This document shows, in pieces, positions 19,907 to 30,256 of a stretch of 64,000 bases of DNA. The translations under genes and the position numbers were made by a program. The DNA comes from Methanobacteriota archaeon. GTDB taxonomy: Archaea > Thermoplasmatota > Poseidoniia > Poseidoniales > Thalassarchaeaceae. Every line of letters begins with the position of its first letter. The stretch's first letter is position 1. The stretch is from contig PSPW01000001.1 of NCBI GenBank assembly GCA_004195615.1, forward strand, positions 210,881 to 274,880. Reading direction: 5' to 3'. Below the pieces are notes generated by a model. It did not search any database, was not told where the DNA came from, and saw nothing but the letters and a program-made list of their open reading frames with translations.

Positions 19907-20704
19907 CTACTCCTCCTCTTTGTCTCCGAACGACGGTTCTCTCTTTTCCTTGAAGGACCGGACGCCTTCCGCGAAGTCTGCAGTCTTGGCAGAGGCGACC
20001 ATGAGTGATTGTTCGAACTGAAGTTGAGTTTCGAAGAATGTCGAGGTGGAGGCGTCTAGCAACTGCTTCGTTCCCCTCCTACTGTTTACTGACCACTTTC
20101 CCCATTCTCTGGCGACTTCCACTGCTCTCTCGACTAGGTGGCCATCATCCACCAACTCATCTACGGCACCCACTGCTAATGCCTTTTCACCAGACCAGAC
20201 CTCCGAGTTGAAGAGGAACCTCTTAGCCACCTGATTGCCGACTAAACGTGGAAGCAACCACGTCATCCCCCCATCTGGAGAAAGGCCAAGGCGAAAGAAA
20301 GCAGAGGCTAGTTTTGCCTGATGGACGCAGACCCTGTAGTCGGAGGCCAATGCCAACCCGAGACCACCTCCAGCAGCTGATCCGTTAATGGCGCACACAA
20401 AAATCGTCTTCGAGGTCCTCATCCTCAGAAGCAATGGATGTAATTTATCGGTCATTTCTTGGACCCTTTCGCCAATTTCTCCAGTCTCGATTCCATTGGA
20501 GAAATCGTCTATGTTCCCTCCGGCAGAGAAGAATTTCCCGGTTCCTGTAATCACCACTGATTTGCATGATGGATCAACTAGGAGCTCATCTAATGAAGAA
20601 AGAAGGGGGTCAAAGTTTCTAGGGGCGAATGTGTCTGCGGAAGCATCGGGAGATAGGGTGACCAACGCAACCCCTCCATCCAACATGTCGGTAGAAACTG
20701 GCAT
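19907..20704 (-). CDS. Enoyl-CoA hydratase/isomerase (PaaG-like subgroup)
   Basis: FSAGGNI, NGSAAGGG, GLSPDGG, DFAEGVRSFKEKREP. Confidence 0.9.
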   Translation of the reverse strand: MPVSTDMLDGGVALVTLSPDASADTFAPRNFDPLLSSLDELLVDPSCKSVVITGTGKFFSAGGNIDDFSNGIETGEIGERVQEMTDKLHPLLLRMRTSKTIFVCAINGSAAGGGLGLALASDYRVCVHQAKLASAFFRLGLSPDGGMTWLLPRLVGNQVAKRFLFNSEVWSGEKALAVGAVDELVDDGHLVERAVEVAREWGKWSVNSRRGTKQLLDASTSTFFETQLQFEQSLMVASAKTADFAEGVRSFKEKREPSFGDKEEE

Positions 20705-20773
20705 GGCACTCGGGCAGGGCATGCACTATTGAATTTGCATGAATATCATAAGACGACGCAGGTTGGGACAATC

Positions 20774-22192
20774 ATGCACGAACGCCAACACCTCTACATC
20801 GATGGAACTTGGGTCGAACCTAGTGGAGAGGGGACCATAGACGTGGTCAATCCTGCCACGGAACGGATTATAGGTTCAGTCCCAGTAAGTAGCGAGTCAG
20901 ATGCAAATGCTGCTGTTGAAGCTGCTAGAACTGCCTTTACTAGTTGGTCGGCATCTCCAGTGGAAGAGAGATCGGAGTACCTCAATCTACTTTCCTCAGC
21001 GATAAAGAGCAGAGGGGAAGAAATGGCCGAACTAATCACCTCAGAGGTTGGCACTCCGATTGAGTACTCCCGCATGGCTATGGTCGGGACACCTCGGGTA
21101 GTCTCAAGATCATATGCCAATATTCTTGACGGTTTCGTCTGGGAGGAGGAAGTCAGGAACTCAATCGTCGTGAAGGAGGCAATAGGTGTAGTTGCAATGA
21201 TTACTCCGTGGAACTTCCCCCTGCACCAGATTATTGGAAAGGTCGCTCCGGCAATTGCGGCTGGATGTACGATGGTTCTGAAGCCTTCCAAGGAAGCCCC
21301 TCTGAATGCATTCGTCCTCGCAGACATACTAGACGAAATCGGGCTCCCGAAGGGAGTGTTCAATCTCATTTCTGGGCATGGCAGAGAAATTGGAGAGACC
21401 CTGGTCAGTCATCCCGAAGTGGACATGGTCAGCTTCACTGGTTCGACAAAATCTGGCATTCGAGTATCCGAGTTGGCGGCACCTAGTGTGAAGAGGGTTA
21501 CGTTGGAGCTTGGAGGGAAGAGTGCTAACATCATTCTGGACGACGCCGACGTCGCAAGAGCCGCTTCTTCGGCAATCTACTCATGCTTCGGGAATTCCGG
21601 ACAGGAATGCTCGGCACTGACACGATTGTTGGTTCCAGAAGAATCCAGAGACGAAGTAGTCGATATTATCTCAAGCAAGATCGGTCGCTACACCGTTGGA
21701 GATCCGATGGATGTAACCAGCAAGTGTGGACCCCTGGTCTCAAGAAAGCAGCAAGAGAGTGTTTCCTCTTACATCTCAACTGGTATTGATGAGGGTGCGA
21801 CATTAGTTGCTGGCGGAGAGGGAATGCCAGAGGGGTTGGATTCAGGCTTCTACGTCAAACCTACCGTCTTCGCCGATGTGACCTCAGAGATGACTGTCTT
21901 CAGAGAGGAGATTTTCGGTCCAGTTCTCTGTATTACCACATACTCCAACGAAGAGGAGGCAATCGAACTAGCCAACGACTCAGAATACGGCCTCTCAGGG
22001 GGAATTTGGTCTGGGAACGAGGCGCGGGCTATGAGAGTCGCTAGGAAGCTGAGGACTGGTCAAGTCAGCATTAACGGCGGGGCATTCAATGTGACTGCTC
22101 CTTTCGGTGGTTACAAAAAGTCTGGATTAGGAAGAGAATTGGGGGTGCATGGAATGGAAGAGTTCCTTGAGACGAAGTCAATTCAACGTTAG
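20774..22192 (+). CDS. NAD(P)-dependent aldehyde dehydrogenase
   Basis: ITPWNFP, FTGST, LELGGKS, SGQECSA, EEIFGPV. Confidence 0.95.
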   Translation: MHERQHLYIDGTWVEPSGEGTIDVVNPATERIIGSVPVSSESDANAAVEAARTAFTSWSASPVEERSEYLNLLSSAIKSRGEEMAELITSEVGTPIEYSRMAMVGTPRVVSRSYANILDGFVWEEEVRNSIVVKEAIGVVAMITPWNFPLHQIIGKVAPAIAAGCTMVLKPSKEAPLNAFVLADILDEIGLPKGVFNLISGHGREIGETLVSHPEVDMVSFTGSTKSGIRVSELAAPSVKRVTLELGGKSANIILDDADVARAASSAIYSCFGNSGQECSALTRLLVPEESRDEVVDIISSKIGRYTVGDPMDVTSKCGPLVSRKQQESVSSYISTGIDEGATLVAGGEGMPEGLDSGFYVKPTVFADVTSEMTVFREEIFGPVLCITTYSNEEEAIELANDSEYGLSGGIWSGNEARAMRVARKLRTGQVSINGGAFNVTAPFGGYKKSGLGRELGVHGMEEFLETKSIQR

Positions 22193-22200
22193 GTGATTCG

Positions 22201-22782
22201 ATGGTCCCAAGGCTCCTAATCATCGTGGGAACCAGCGGCGTGGGGAAATCTACTATGTCTGCAAAAATGGCTTCTTACCTAGATTTCAGCAAGGTTGCCT
22301 CCACAGATACAGTAAGAGAGGTCCTCAGAACTCAACTCACATCTCCGGAAAGCCCATCACTATACAGATCATCATTTGAGTCGGCTGGTGGTTCAGCAGT
22401 TGAGGACTGGAAGGAGACTGTCGGAGCGGTGTCTGAGGGAGTGCAAGCAGTTATCTGGAGGGCACTTGAGAAGGGGGGCGATCTGCTTCTCGAAGGAGTG
22501 CATTATTTTCCAAACAAAGAGATAATTGACGAGTGGCGTGAGGCCGGAGGAATAGCCACAGGAGTGGTCCTCTACGTCACTAGCGAAAATAGACACAGAG
22601 GGATGATTGCCAACCGAGAGAAGCACAATGGAAAGCAAGTAGATCACTACTTGGGCAACTTGGATAGAATCAGAGAGATCCAAGAAGATTTTGTTGTTTC
22701 GGGATCCCAGTCAGAATGGCTACTCATAGATCCTACAAAGGAGAACGATGCGGTTGGAATTATTTCCAATAGTCTGAGTTAA
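22201..22782 (+). CDS. 2-phosphoglycerate-kinase-family P-loop kinase (possible mevalonate-3-phosphate 5-kinase)
   Basis: GTSGVGKST, STDTVREVLR, LLLEGVH, IREIQE. Confidence 0.75.
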   Translation: MVPRLLIIVGTSGVGKSTMSAKMASYLDFSKVASTDTVREVLRTQLTSPESPSLYRSSFESAGGSAVEDWKETVGAVSEGVQAVIWRALEKGGDLLLEGVHYFPNKEIIDEWREAGGIATGVVLYVTSENRHRGMIANREKHNGKQVDHYLGNLDRIREIQEDFVVSGSQSEWLLIDPTKENDAVGIISNSLS

Positions 22783-22787
22783 CGTAC

Positions 22788-23624
22788 CTATCGTCCGACC
22801 CAGTCTGCGTCAGACCGCTCCAAGAATGCTCGAACTCCTATCTCCTTGTCCTCAGTGTCGAATAAGGCTACAAACTCGGATCGTTCCATGAGAATCCCTT
22901 CTGAGAAGGGGAGTTCCAATGCTCCCCGGATAACACGCTTTGCGACCTTTGTTGTGTATGGAGACTTACGAGAGATATCCTCTGCTAGTTTCATGGTTTC
23001 GGATTCGAGATCCTCTGGGGAAACCATCCTGTTGACAATTCCCATTTGAAGGGCATCCTCTGCCTTGACCATCCCTCCAGAGAGGACAATCTCCATGGTT
23101 CTGCCATAACCAATTAGCCTGCAGAGCCTCTGGGTACCACCACCACCTGGAATCAGACCAAGATTGATCTCGGGCTGTCCGAATGTGGATCTATCCGAAG
23201 CGATACGAATGTCACAGGAGAGGGCTAGCTCAGTACCTCCTCCAAGTGCGAATCCATCCACCATCGCGATAGTTGGCTTGGAGATGTTCCAAATCGCCTC
23301 CCAAGCGTTATTCTCGAAGAATGGACGGACATCATCGGAGTCCTTACCTGCGAACTCCGAGATATCCGCCCCCGCTGCGAATGCAGGTGGCTTCGGCCTC
23401 TTGCCCTCCTCTGGCTCGAGGGGAGGGGCTCCACGAATGACCACACATCGAACCGAGTCGTCGGCGTTTGCTCTTACAGAAGCCTCCTTAATTGCCCTGT
23501 GTGAGTCTGCATTTAGCGCATTGAGCTTGCCGGGTCTATTGAGGGTCCAAACTGAGATCACCCCGCCCTCTGGGCTGGAGCCTGCAACACTGACGTCCTC
23601 AACAGTCATAACCTCGTCCGTCAT
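22788..23624 (-). CDS. Enoyl-CoA hydratase (crotonase)
   Basis: NRPGKLNAL, FAAGADI, GGGTELA, GQPEINLGLIPGGGGTQRL (both catalytic Glu present). Confidence 0.93.
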   Translation of the reverse strand: MTDEVMTVEDVSVAGSSPEGGVISVWTLNRPGKLNALNADSHRAIKEASVRANADDSVRCVVIRGAPPLEPEEGKRPKPPAFAAGADISEFAGKDSDDVRPFFENNAWEAIWNISKPTIAMVDGFALGGGTELALSCDIRIASDRSTFGQPEINLGLIPGGGGTQRLCRLIGYGRTMEIVLSGGMVKAEDALQMGIVNRMVSPEDLESETMKLAEDISRKSPYTTKVAKRVIRGALELPFSEGILMERSEFVALFDTEDKEIGVRAFLERSDADWVGR

Positions 23625-23665
23625 GTTACGCCGAGCGAGGCACATCGCTTCAACGTATCACAGAG

Positions 23666-24595
23666 CTAGTCTTCTGGTCCAATGGGAGGGGGTAGATCTG
23701 GCAAGGGAAGAGGTGGCATTGGCATCCCAGAAGTGGGGAGGGGAGGAATCGAATCAACTGCTGGTGCTTCAATCATTTCTTCTTCAGAAGAAGTTGGGGC
23801 AGACCTAGGGACGTCCAACGAAACTCTGATCTTCAGGACCCTCTCATCGTCAATCCTCACATAAGAAATTCCCTGAGGTATGGATGGATCTGGTTCCTCT
23901 GGCTCGTAAAAGACCGCCAAACCATGTCCCGGGATACTTGTCAGAGTGGAAAGATCCTCCCCCTCCTCAATCTGAGTCCATTTTCTGACTTCATTGGCTA
24001 CTCGCTTGGACATTTCTAGCCGTCTTTCATGGTGAAGCCTCGCCCTGAAAACTTCCCTCCTCCCTCTCTGCTGGGTGAGGTACTGGTCGACTTCGGCTTC
24101 GGCTTGGAGCTCGGGATCCGAACTAGCGATGTGGACGCTGGCCATCCCTTCGACATCTTCATCGAGTACGATTGGTATTTGAGGGGCATCGAGAGAAATC
24201 CCAGGAGATGAGATTGGAAGAGTCTCAGGAATCACTGGTTCAGGGAGATCTGATAATTTCTTCCTGCCCCTACTCCTTCGAATCTTTGAGTCACGAACCT
24301 CGGAGATGCTTTCCTCAGAGTGAACCGGGGTCGGGAGCTCTATGTCGCCAAAATCTGACTCTTGATCGATGAAAACTGGGGATGACTTCTTGGCTAGAGG
24401 GATTGGTCTCCTTCCAGTGAAAAGAATCGTTGAGACCATTAGCAGAATCAAAACGGCCCCTGCGGCCTGCATAATCAGCCCCTCCGGGACAATAAAAACG
24501 AGATAAATGGGGATTGAAACGATGCTCATTACAATCAGAAGGAGTCTAGTGGCCGTAACCATTCTAGTGCCGCACGGAGGAGTGCTTCTATTCAC
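23666..24595 (-). CDS. Hypothetical membrane protein (2 TM, coiled coil, proline-rich tail)
   Basis: ORF fills the gap and has a GTGA overlap with the rdgB stop; no family recognised. Confidence 0.7.
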   Translation of the reverse strand: MNRSTPPCGTRMVTATRLLLIVMSIVSIPIYLVFIVPEGLIMQAAGAVLILLMVSTILFTGRRPIPLAKKSSPVFIDQESDFGDIELPTPVHSEESISEVRDSKIRRSRGRKKLSDLPEPVIPETLPISSPGISLDAPQIPIVLDEDVEGMASVHIASSDPELQAEAEVDQYLTQQRGRREVFRARLHHERRLEMSKRVANEVRKWTQIEEGEDLSTLTSIPGHGLAVFYEPEEPDPSIPQGISYVRIDDERVLKIRVSLDVPRSAPTSSEEEMIEAPAVDSIPPLPTSGMPMPPLPLPDLPPPIGPED

Positions 24596-25185
24596 TTTGA
24601 CGGGGAATTAAGTAGTTCTGATATCGCCTTCAGTGCCCTCCCCCTATGCGAGATGGATGATTTCTCGATAGAAGACATCTCTCCACACGTTCTTCCATCA
24701 CCATCCTCGGGAATGAAAATTGGATCATATCCAAAACCCGTGTCTCCTGATAATTGCTTGGAAATCTTCCCTCTGCAGGTTCCAGTTTCTGTAATAGTAT
24801 TTCCTTCAATGGAGATTACTGCAATGGTTCTGAACTCTGCTCCTCTTTCGGGCTCTGCGGACATTAACTGCAGTATTCCAGGCAGACCGATAGTACTCTC
24901 GACATATGAGGAGTAGGGGCCCGGAAACCCTCCAAGAGCGTCGATGAAAAGTCCTGAATCTTCTACTAGAATGATCGAATCCTCTAGTTTCGTCCCCATC
25001 ACCAACTCTCTCGCCTGCTCAATCTTTGAAAGTGCCACTTCCTCTATTCCTTCGGCCTGGGGCTCAATGAATTCCGGAGGATTTCCTTGGATCAACAATG
25101 GCTCCACTTCATGACCCAGAGGAGCAAGTATTGCAGCTGCTTCGGAAACCTTGTGTTCGTTTCCAGTAGCGAATAGAATGTGCAT
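24592..25185 (-). CDS. rdgB: Non-canonical purine NTP pyrophosphatase (Ham1/RdgB)
   Basis: ATGNEHK, VEDSGL, GFPGPYS, GFGYDPIF, SHRGRA. Confidence 0.95.
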   Translation of the reverse strand: MHILFATGNEHKVSEAAAILAPLGHEVEPLLIQGNPPEFIEPQAEGIEEVALSKIEQARELVMGTKLEDSIILVEDSGLFIDALGGFPGPYSSYVESTIGLPGILQLMSAEPERGAEFRTIAVISIEGNTITETGTCRGKISKQLSGDTGFGYDPIFIPEDGDGRTCGEMSSIEKSSISHRGRALKAISELLNSPSK

Positions 25186-25195
25186 ATTGTCAACC

Positions 25196-25861
25196 CTAAC
25201 CGTGATATCTGACTCTTCCTGCTATCTTTCGGAATCTGTCCATTACATTTTCCGCAGTCTCTGAACCATTGTTGAGGACCTCAGCATCTAGGTATCCTTC
25301 GCAGACCTTGTCAATAGCGTTAGGAATAGTTGAATGGCTTGCTCCCAGGCACTCCTTCAGTACCTGGAGATCGAGTCCCATGTGCTCCAATTCCGGCGAA
25401 AGTCTAGACAAACCAAAGTCAATGAGGTGAAGAGCCCCGGAAGTAGTTGCCATGACATTGTGTGTGGTCAGGTCACCATGCGAGATTCCAATCTCATGGA
25501 GTCTTCGAATTAATCCGCCAAGAGAGAACAGTTCGTCCCCGGAAGAATCGTCGGACTTGAGCAAGTCGTGAAGAGTCCTTCCTTCAATCCTAGACAAAAG
25601 CATGGATGATTTTCGCTGATCTAGGAACATGAGTTTCGGAGAAGGGAATCCAACTGAAGAAAGTCGAGACAGGATCCTCGCCTCAGCCGCCAGCCTTTGC
25701 CTCGTTAGTCTGCGATCGAGATCAGGATGCCTGTAACCTCTTGCTCTACGGGACTTCAGTACTGCTCGCTTTCCTAGCCAAGAACCGCCAATTACAGTGG
25801 CCTCGGCCCCCTCATGGAGCAAATTCTCCGGCTTCCACATTGGAATTCCCCCACTCGCCAT
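25196..25861 (-). CDS. bud32: KEOPS complex kinase/ATPase Bud32
   Basis: EGAEA, YRHPDLD, HGDLTTHN, LIDFGLS, C-terminal RVRY. Confidence 0.93.
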   Translation of the reverse strand: MASGGIPMWKPENLLHEGAEATVIGGSWLGKRAVLKSRRARGYRHPDLDRRLTRQRLAAEARILSRLSSVGFPSPKLMFLDQRKSSMLLSRIEGRTLHDLLKSDDSSGDELFSLGGLIRRLHEIGISHGDLTTHNVMATTSGALHLIDFGLSRLSPELEHMGLDLQVLKECLGASHSTIPNAIDKVCEGYLDAEVLNNGSETAENVMDRFRKIAGRVRYHG

Positions 25862-25919
25862 GCAAATCCGATGCTAGATGACTTGAAAGCGGTTGCACTC
25901 AGAGGGTTGGCTGGTCGAC

Positions 25920-27005
25920 ATGGTTCTGGACATGCCCTCCGCCCCGGTTCCGAGAGTGTTCTTGGGTAATTTCGGTTATTCTGAATTGGAGATAGACAAG
26001 GAAGCAGTAAGGCTGCAGTATGCGATTAAGCAACCCATGCGATGGAGTATGGAGGTATGCAGATCCCTAGCCCCTCTAACGCTTGAGATCAATCATCTAA
26101 AGAAGGAGAAGGACGTGTTCCTGATTGCGCATTCATATCAGACACCAGACATCACCTATGGCGTAGCCGACTCTGTTGCCGATAGTTATGCTCTATCCAA
26201 GGAGGCCAGGGACGCACCACAACAGACGATTCTCTTCTCTAGCGTTCGATTCATGGCAGAGACAGCGAAGATCGTCAGCCCGAACAAGACCGTGTTGCAT
26301 CCTTCCCCAGATGCTGGTTGCTCACTAAGTGACAGCATTGTGGCCGAAGACGTGATTAGAATGAAGGAAGACAATCCGGGAGTTCCCGTCGTTTGCTACA
26401 TCAACACTAGTGCGGCAGTAAAGGCCGAGTGTGATGTATGCGTGACCAGTAGCAATTACCTCAGAATATGCGAGAGGTTGCCAGGTGAAAAGCTAATCTT
26501 CGTACCTGACAAATTTATGGGGAGGCATCTGCAGAATTCACTCAGAGGCAAGAAGGAAGTCGTTCTCTATGATGGAGAATGCGAGGTTCATGCAGAGTTC
26601 ACGGGTCCGAAAATAAGGAACTGGAAGAAGAGCATGTCCGAGAATGGAATTGATCTGATGGTACTAAGCCATCCGGAATGTGATTCAGAGGTACTCGACG
26701 AGAGTGACTTCGTTGGAAGCAGCGAGTTGTTGATGAACGAGGCGATTCGTCTAGCCAGTATAGGGAAGAGGAACATGATGCTGATTACCGAATGCGGTAC
26801 GGCCGATAGAGTTCTAGCTGAGACTGAAGATACTCTGAATTTAATGGGGGCATGTGTGATATGCAAACACATGAAGAAGACGCAGTTAGAGGACATACTT
26901 CAGGCGCTAATCGACCCTTATCCAGAGCAGATTGTAGAGATCTCCGGAGAAACGCTCAGAAGAGCCTCGAAGAGCCTGGAAAAGATGTTCATACTCGCTG
27001 AGTGA
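25920..27005 (+). CDS. nadA: Quinolinate synthase
   Basis: AHSYQ, VRFMAETAK, AGCSL, YINTSA, CEVH, HPEC, CKHMK. Confidence 0.95.
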   Translation: MVLDMPSAPVPRVFLGNFGYSELEIDKEAVRLQYAIKQPMRWSMEVCRSLAPLTLEINHLKKEKDVFLIAHSYQTPDITYGVADSVADSYALSKEARDAPQQTILFSSVRFMAETAKIVSPNKTVLHPSPDAGCSLSDSIVAEDVIRMKEDNPGVPVVCYINTSAAVKAECDVCVTSSNYLRICERLPGEKLIFVPDKFMGRHLQNSLRGKKEVVLYDGECEVHAEFTGPKIRNWKKSMSENGIDLMVLSHPECDSEVLDESDFVGSSELLMNEAIRLASIGKRNMMLITECGTADRVLAETEDTLNLMGACVICKHMKKTQLEDILQALIDPYPEQIVEISGETLRRASKSLEKMFILAE

Positions 27006-29082
27006 TTTTCTCGGTGCCGTAGGACTGGAGTGTCCACAAAAATATCAGTGGAATCATGGCCAAGATAGAAGCCTGGAGGAGTAAGGAGTTCCTTGGCTCG
27101 ATGGTATCGGTGAACGAGAATAGTTTCAGTTCCTTCTCACCATTTTCATTGAGGTCGATCCAGGCTAATCTCTCAAGCAATATCTGTGGCTGAGCCTGAT
27201 CCACCTCTTCATCAAAGGTGTATTGCTTAGTCTCACCAGATTCCAATTCGTGAACGTAGACGTCGTTGTTCCTCTCGGAAGAGCTTGAAGATGAGATAAT
27301 GTCGTCTCTCGTTACCTGGAGGAAAGCGACCCTTCCCTTCCCGATACTAGGTGATGAGGAGTCCCAACGTGGATTGGAAATGAGAGTTTGATTAATGGAA
27401 AGTGTATCGACTAGGATAGTTCTGTTGAATGGACCTACGTCAACTGTTGCGACGAGCCAATTCGAGTCCATCACGAGCCCTACTATCGAAGAATTCTGGA
27501 AATCTAGTGAAGTCCCCGAGTTCAGAATTGAATTCTCGATTCGTTCTGATGATCTGGGGTCGAGAATAATAGAAATAGTGAGATCTGATTCAATGGAAGA
27601 AATATTCACTAGTGGACCTGCTTCCGAGGTTTCTGAAATTGCCACAAGGGCCCCGGATGATGCAACTACCAAAGAATTGGTATCTAAGTCAACAATCCTG
27701 ATTGACTGATCCGTCGTGTCAATTAGTCGCAGACTCTGAGGCGAGAGTATTGCGAGATGCTTACCCCCATTTGAGTCGGTTGGAATTGCAATGTCGATAA
27801 TGAGTTCATCTGAGTTCTCTATGAAAATAGGCTGCAGGACTCCTGACTCTTGATTATGCTCAAAATAGTCGGTTCTGTATTCATCAAAAACCACGAAACT
27901 AACTCCTGAGGAAACCACACTGGGTGCGTTTGCCCAAGGATTGCCCCCCACGGTTCGGTTGGTCTCTGAAGATACATTTCCTGCGGTAATTGTCACCTCT
28001 CCTTCCGACTCTTCGATCCAGACCAGCCACTCTCCAGAACCGGAAGCAGATGTGGGAGAATTAGCCTCATCTATGGATATCTTCTGGTGCGTAACGTCCC
28101 AAAGTAATACTGAGCCAGTCAAAATCATGAGTGCGAGGATGAGGGCACCGGTCTGATTCTTCCCCGGTTCCTTTACAGGGTCGAAAGTATGGAGGCAGGA
28201 GCGTAGGGTTCGCTTCATGGAGCCGCTTGGGTCGTCAAGCGTCCTGGCTAATCTCCTGGTGAAAAGTCGCTCGTCAGCGACCTGCCAAATTGGTTCATGC
28301 GTCCTCGCCGTTATATTCACCGCCAAGATTGCAATCATCATCCCCCCGATTATATCGACGAACCAGTGAATTCCCAAGTAGACGATTGAAACCGAAGTCA
28401 ATGCGATGAAGAATATCAGGAAGACTCGGAACCTTTTCCATCTATCATCCTCGTCCCACCTATGCATGGAGAGCCAAATTGCAAACGGTAGGCCGATGTG
28501 AAGACTCGGCATTCCATTGGTAAAGGGATCAATCCGATTGAACCAATTATGAATATCTGGAGTGAGGTCGTATGCAATTGTCTCCATCCCTTCGACATAG
28601 TTGCCAGTCACCTTGACGTTTAGAAACAAGTAGAATGGTATCGCCAGTATGTATACCCAAAACATCGAAAGGGACACTCTGTCGGCCATGTGCCTGTCAT
28701 CGAAGTAGATCGGATAGACGAATGAAGCGAATGTTGCGGTCATGAATCCCATAACATAGAAATGGGTCATGAATACGTCCAGAAAATCGTTCCTAAGTCC
28801 TTCTTGGACCCAAAGGACTGTGTCTCCCTCGATTGCATACACTAGGAAGGTCATGTCTAGTTGGGTGTTCGCCATCAATACCCTATCGAGACCATCAAGC
28901 AGATCCTTCCAGAGGTAAACCGAAAAGACGACAATCATGTGTGCCCAGTATCGTCTGAACATATCGATGAATCCGTCTGCACTGATTCTTGCATAGGGCG
29001 GTTTAAAAATTGGAATCATTGCTATGCTAATCAGAATAGCCCCAGTCACCCAGGTGATGTAGATGCCTGTTTCAGCAACCAT
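26989..29082 (-). CDS. PAP2/Aur1 (IPC-synthase-like) membrane phosphotransferase fused to a large beta-rich domain with C-terminal TM
   Basis: Multi-TM N-terminal half with GMPSLH and YLGIHWFVD; ~330-aa soluble Ser/Asp-rich domain; terminal hydrophobic helix. Confidence 0.8.
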   Translation of the reverse strand: MVAETGIYITWVTGAILISIAMIPIFKPPYARISADGFIDMFRRYWAHMIVVFSVYLWKDLLDGLDRVLMANTQLDMTFLVYAIEGDTVLWVQEGLRNDFLDVFMTHFYVMGFMTATFASFVYPIYFDDRHMADRVSLSMFWVYILAIPFYLFLNVKVTGNYVEGMETIAYDLTPDIHNWFNRIDPFTNGMPSLHIGLPFAIWLSMHRWDEDDRWKRFRVFLIFFIALTSVSIVYLGIHWFVDIIGGMMIAILAVNITARTHEPIWQVADERLFTRRLARTLDDPSGSMKRTLRSCLHTFDPVKEPGKNQTGALILALMILTGSVLLWDVTHQKISIDEANSPTSASGSGEWLVWIEESEGEVTITAGNVSSETNRTVGGNPWANAPSVVSSGVSFVVFDEYRTDYFEHNQESGVLQPIFIENSDELIIDIAIPTDSNGGKHLAILSPQSLRLIDTTDQSIRIVDLDTNSLVVASSGALVAISETSEAGPLVNISSIESDLTISIILDPRSSERIENSILNSGTSLDFQNSSIVGLVMDSNWLVATVDVGPFNRTILVDTLSINQTLISNPRWDSSSPSIGKGRVAFLQVTRDDIISSSSSSERNNDVYVHELESGETKQYTFDEEVDQAQPQILLERLAWIDLNENGEKELKLFSFTDTIEPRNSLLLQASILAMIPLIFLWTLQSYGTEKITQRV

Positions 29083-29135
29083 TACGACCTTGTGGGAATG
29101 AGACTATGCCATCAAGCCAACGCAAAGATGGAGCA

Positions 29136-30152
29136 TCAGATTATCCTTAGAGTACGCTGAGAGCCTTTGTCAAGTTGCTCTTGGACCGCTTTCACGATTG
29201 ATTCGAAAGCCCTTGCCGTTTCTCCTTCTGGTTCGGCGATAATTCTGTGTACCCCATCGTCACCACCCCTGACAATTCCGGGATCGAAGGGGAGCGCACC
29301 TAGGAACGGGACTTCCATCTCTTTCGATGATTCCTCTCCACCGCCAGACTTGAAGATGTCAAGGGTCATCTCCCACTTGCCCTCTCCATCGGACTGGCAG
29401 TCGATAGGAGCTCCCCCCGGACCCATTACAGAAACAGTCGAGTTGGGCGTAGATGTCCCTCTCAGAGTGTATCCACTCATGTTCTCAACAACTCCGAGAA
29501 CAGGGACGGAAATTGTTTTAGCGAAATTAATAGATTTACGACTGTCGAGGAGGGCGACCTCTTGGGGAGTCGTAACTATTACGACTCCATCAATTCCTGG
29601 AAGACTCTGACTCACAGTAAGAGGCTCGTCACTTGTTCCCGGTGGGAAGTCAATAATCAGGGCGTCCAACTCACCCCAGGCGACGTCACCAATGAATTGC
29701 TGAATTGCACCCAGCTTTATCGGGCCGCGCCAAATTACTGGCTTGTCGGGATCCTCAAGTAAGAATGCCATCGAGATGACCTTCAAACCGCTGGGACCCT
29801 CAACAGGATGAATCTGTCCTTCCTCAACGTTTAGATCGGCTTCCTCCAGACCCAGCATCTTTGGAATGTTCGGACCGGTGATGTCGATATCCATCAGGCC
29901 GACCTTCTTGCCCTGACGGGCCAGAGACAGGGCCAATCCAGTGGCCACTGTTGATTTTCCTACTCCGCCTTTACCTGAGAGAACCATGATCTTGTGCTTA
30001 ATCTGCTTGTCCATCTTGCTTATCCTCATCTTCCTCTGCATCTGCTGGTATGCCTGCTCCATCTGAGCTTTCTGCTCATTGGAGGCATCCGCATTAGGAG
30101 GTTCAGGGGAATCCCCCCCAGCATGATGGTGAGATACGGGGGAATCGCCCAT
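29136..30152 (-). CDS. mrp: Mrp/ApbC/Nbp35 P-loop ATPase lacking the CxxC motif
   Basis: [43 protein letters not shown]. Confidence 0.93.
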   Translation of the reverse strand: MGDSPVSHHHAGGDSPEPPNADASNEQKAQMEQAYQQMQRKMRISKMDKQIKHKIMVLSGKGGVGKSTVATGLALSLARQGKKVGLMDIDITGPNIPKMLGLEEADLNVEEGQIHPVEGPSGLKVISMAFLLEDPDKPVIWRGPIKLGAIQQFIGDVAWGELDALIIDFPPGTSDEPLTVSQSLPGIDGVVIVTTPQEVALLDSRKSINFAKTISVPVLGVVENMSGYTLRGTSTPNSTVSVMGPGGAPIDCQSDGEGKWEMTLDIFKSGGGEESSKEMEVPFLGALPFDPGIVRGGDDGVHRIIAEPEGETARAFESIVKAVQEQLDKGSQRTLRII

Positions 30153-30256
30153 ATTACTCCATTTGATGGGACACTATTGAAACCTATTCTGAGTGATTTC
30201 TGCCTAATGACAATATTGTGATTAGTTATTTAGTCACCCTCCCACACAAGAATTGT

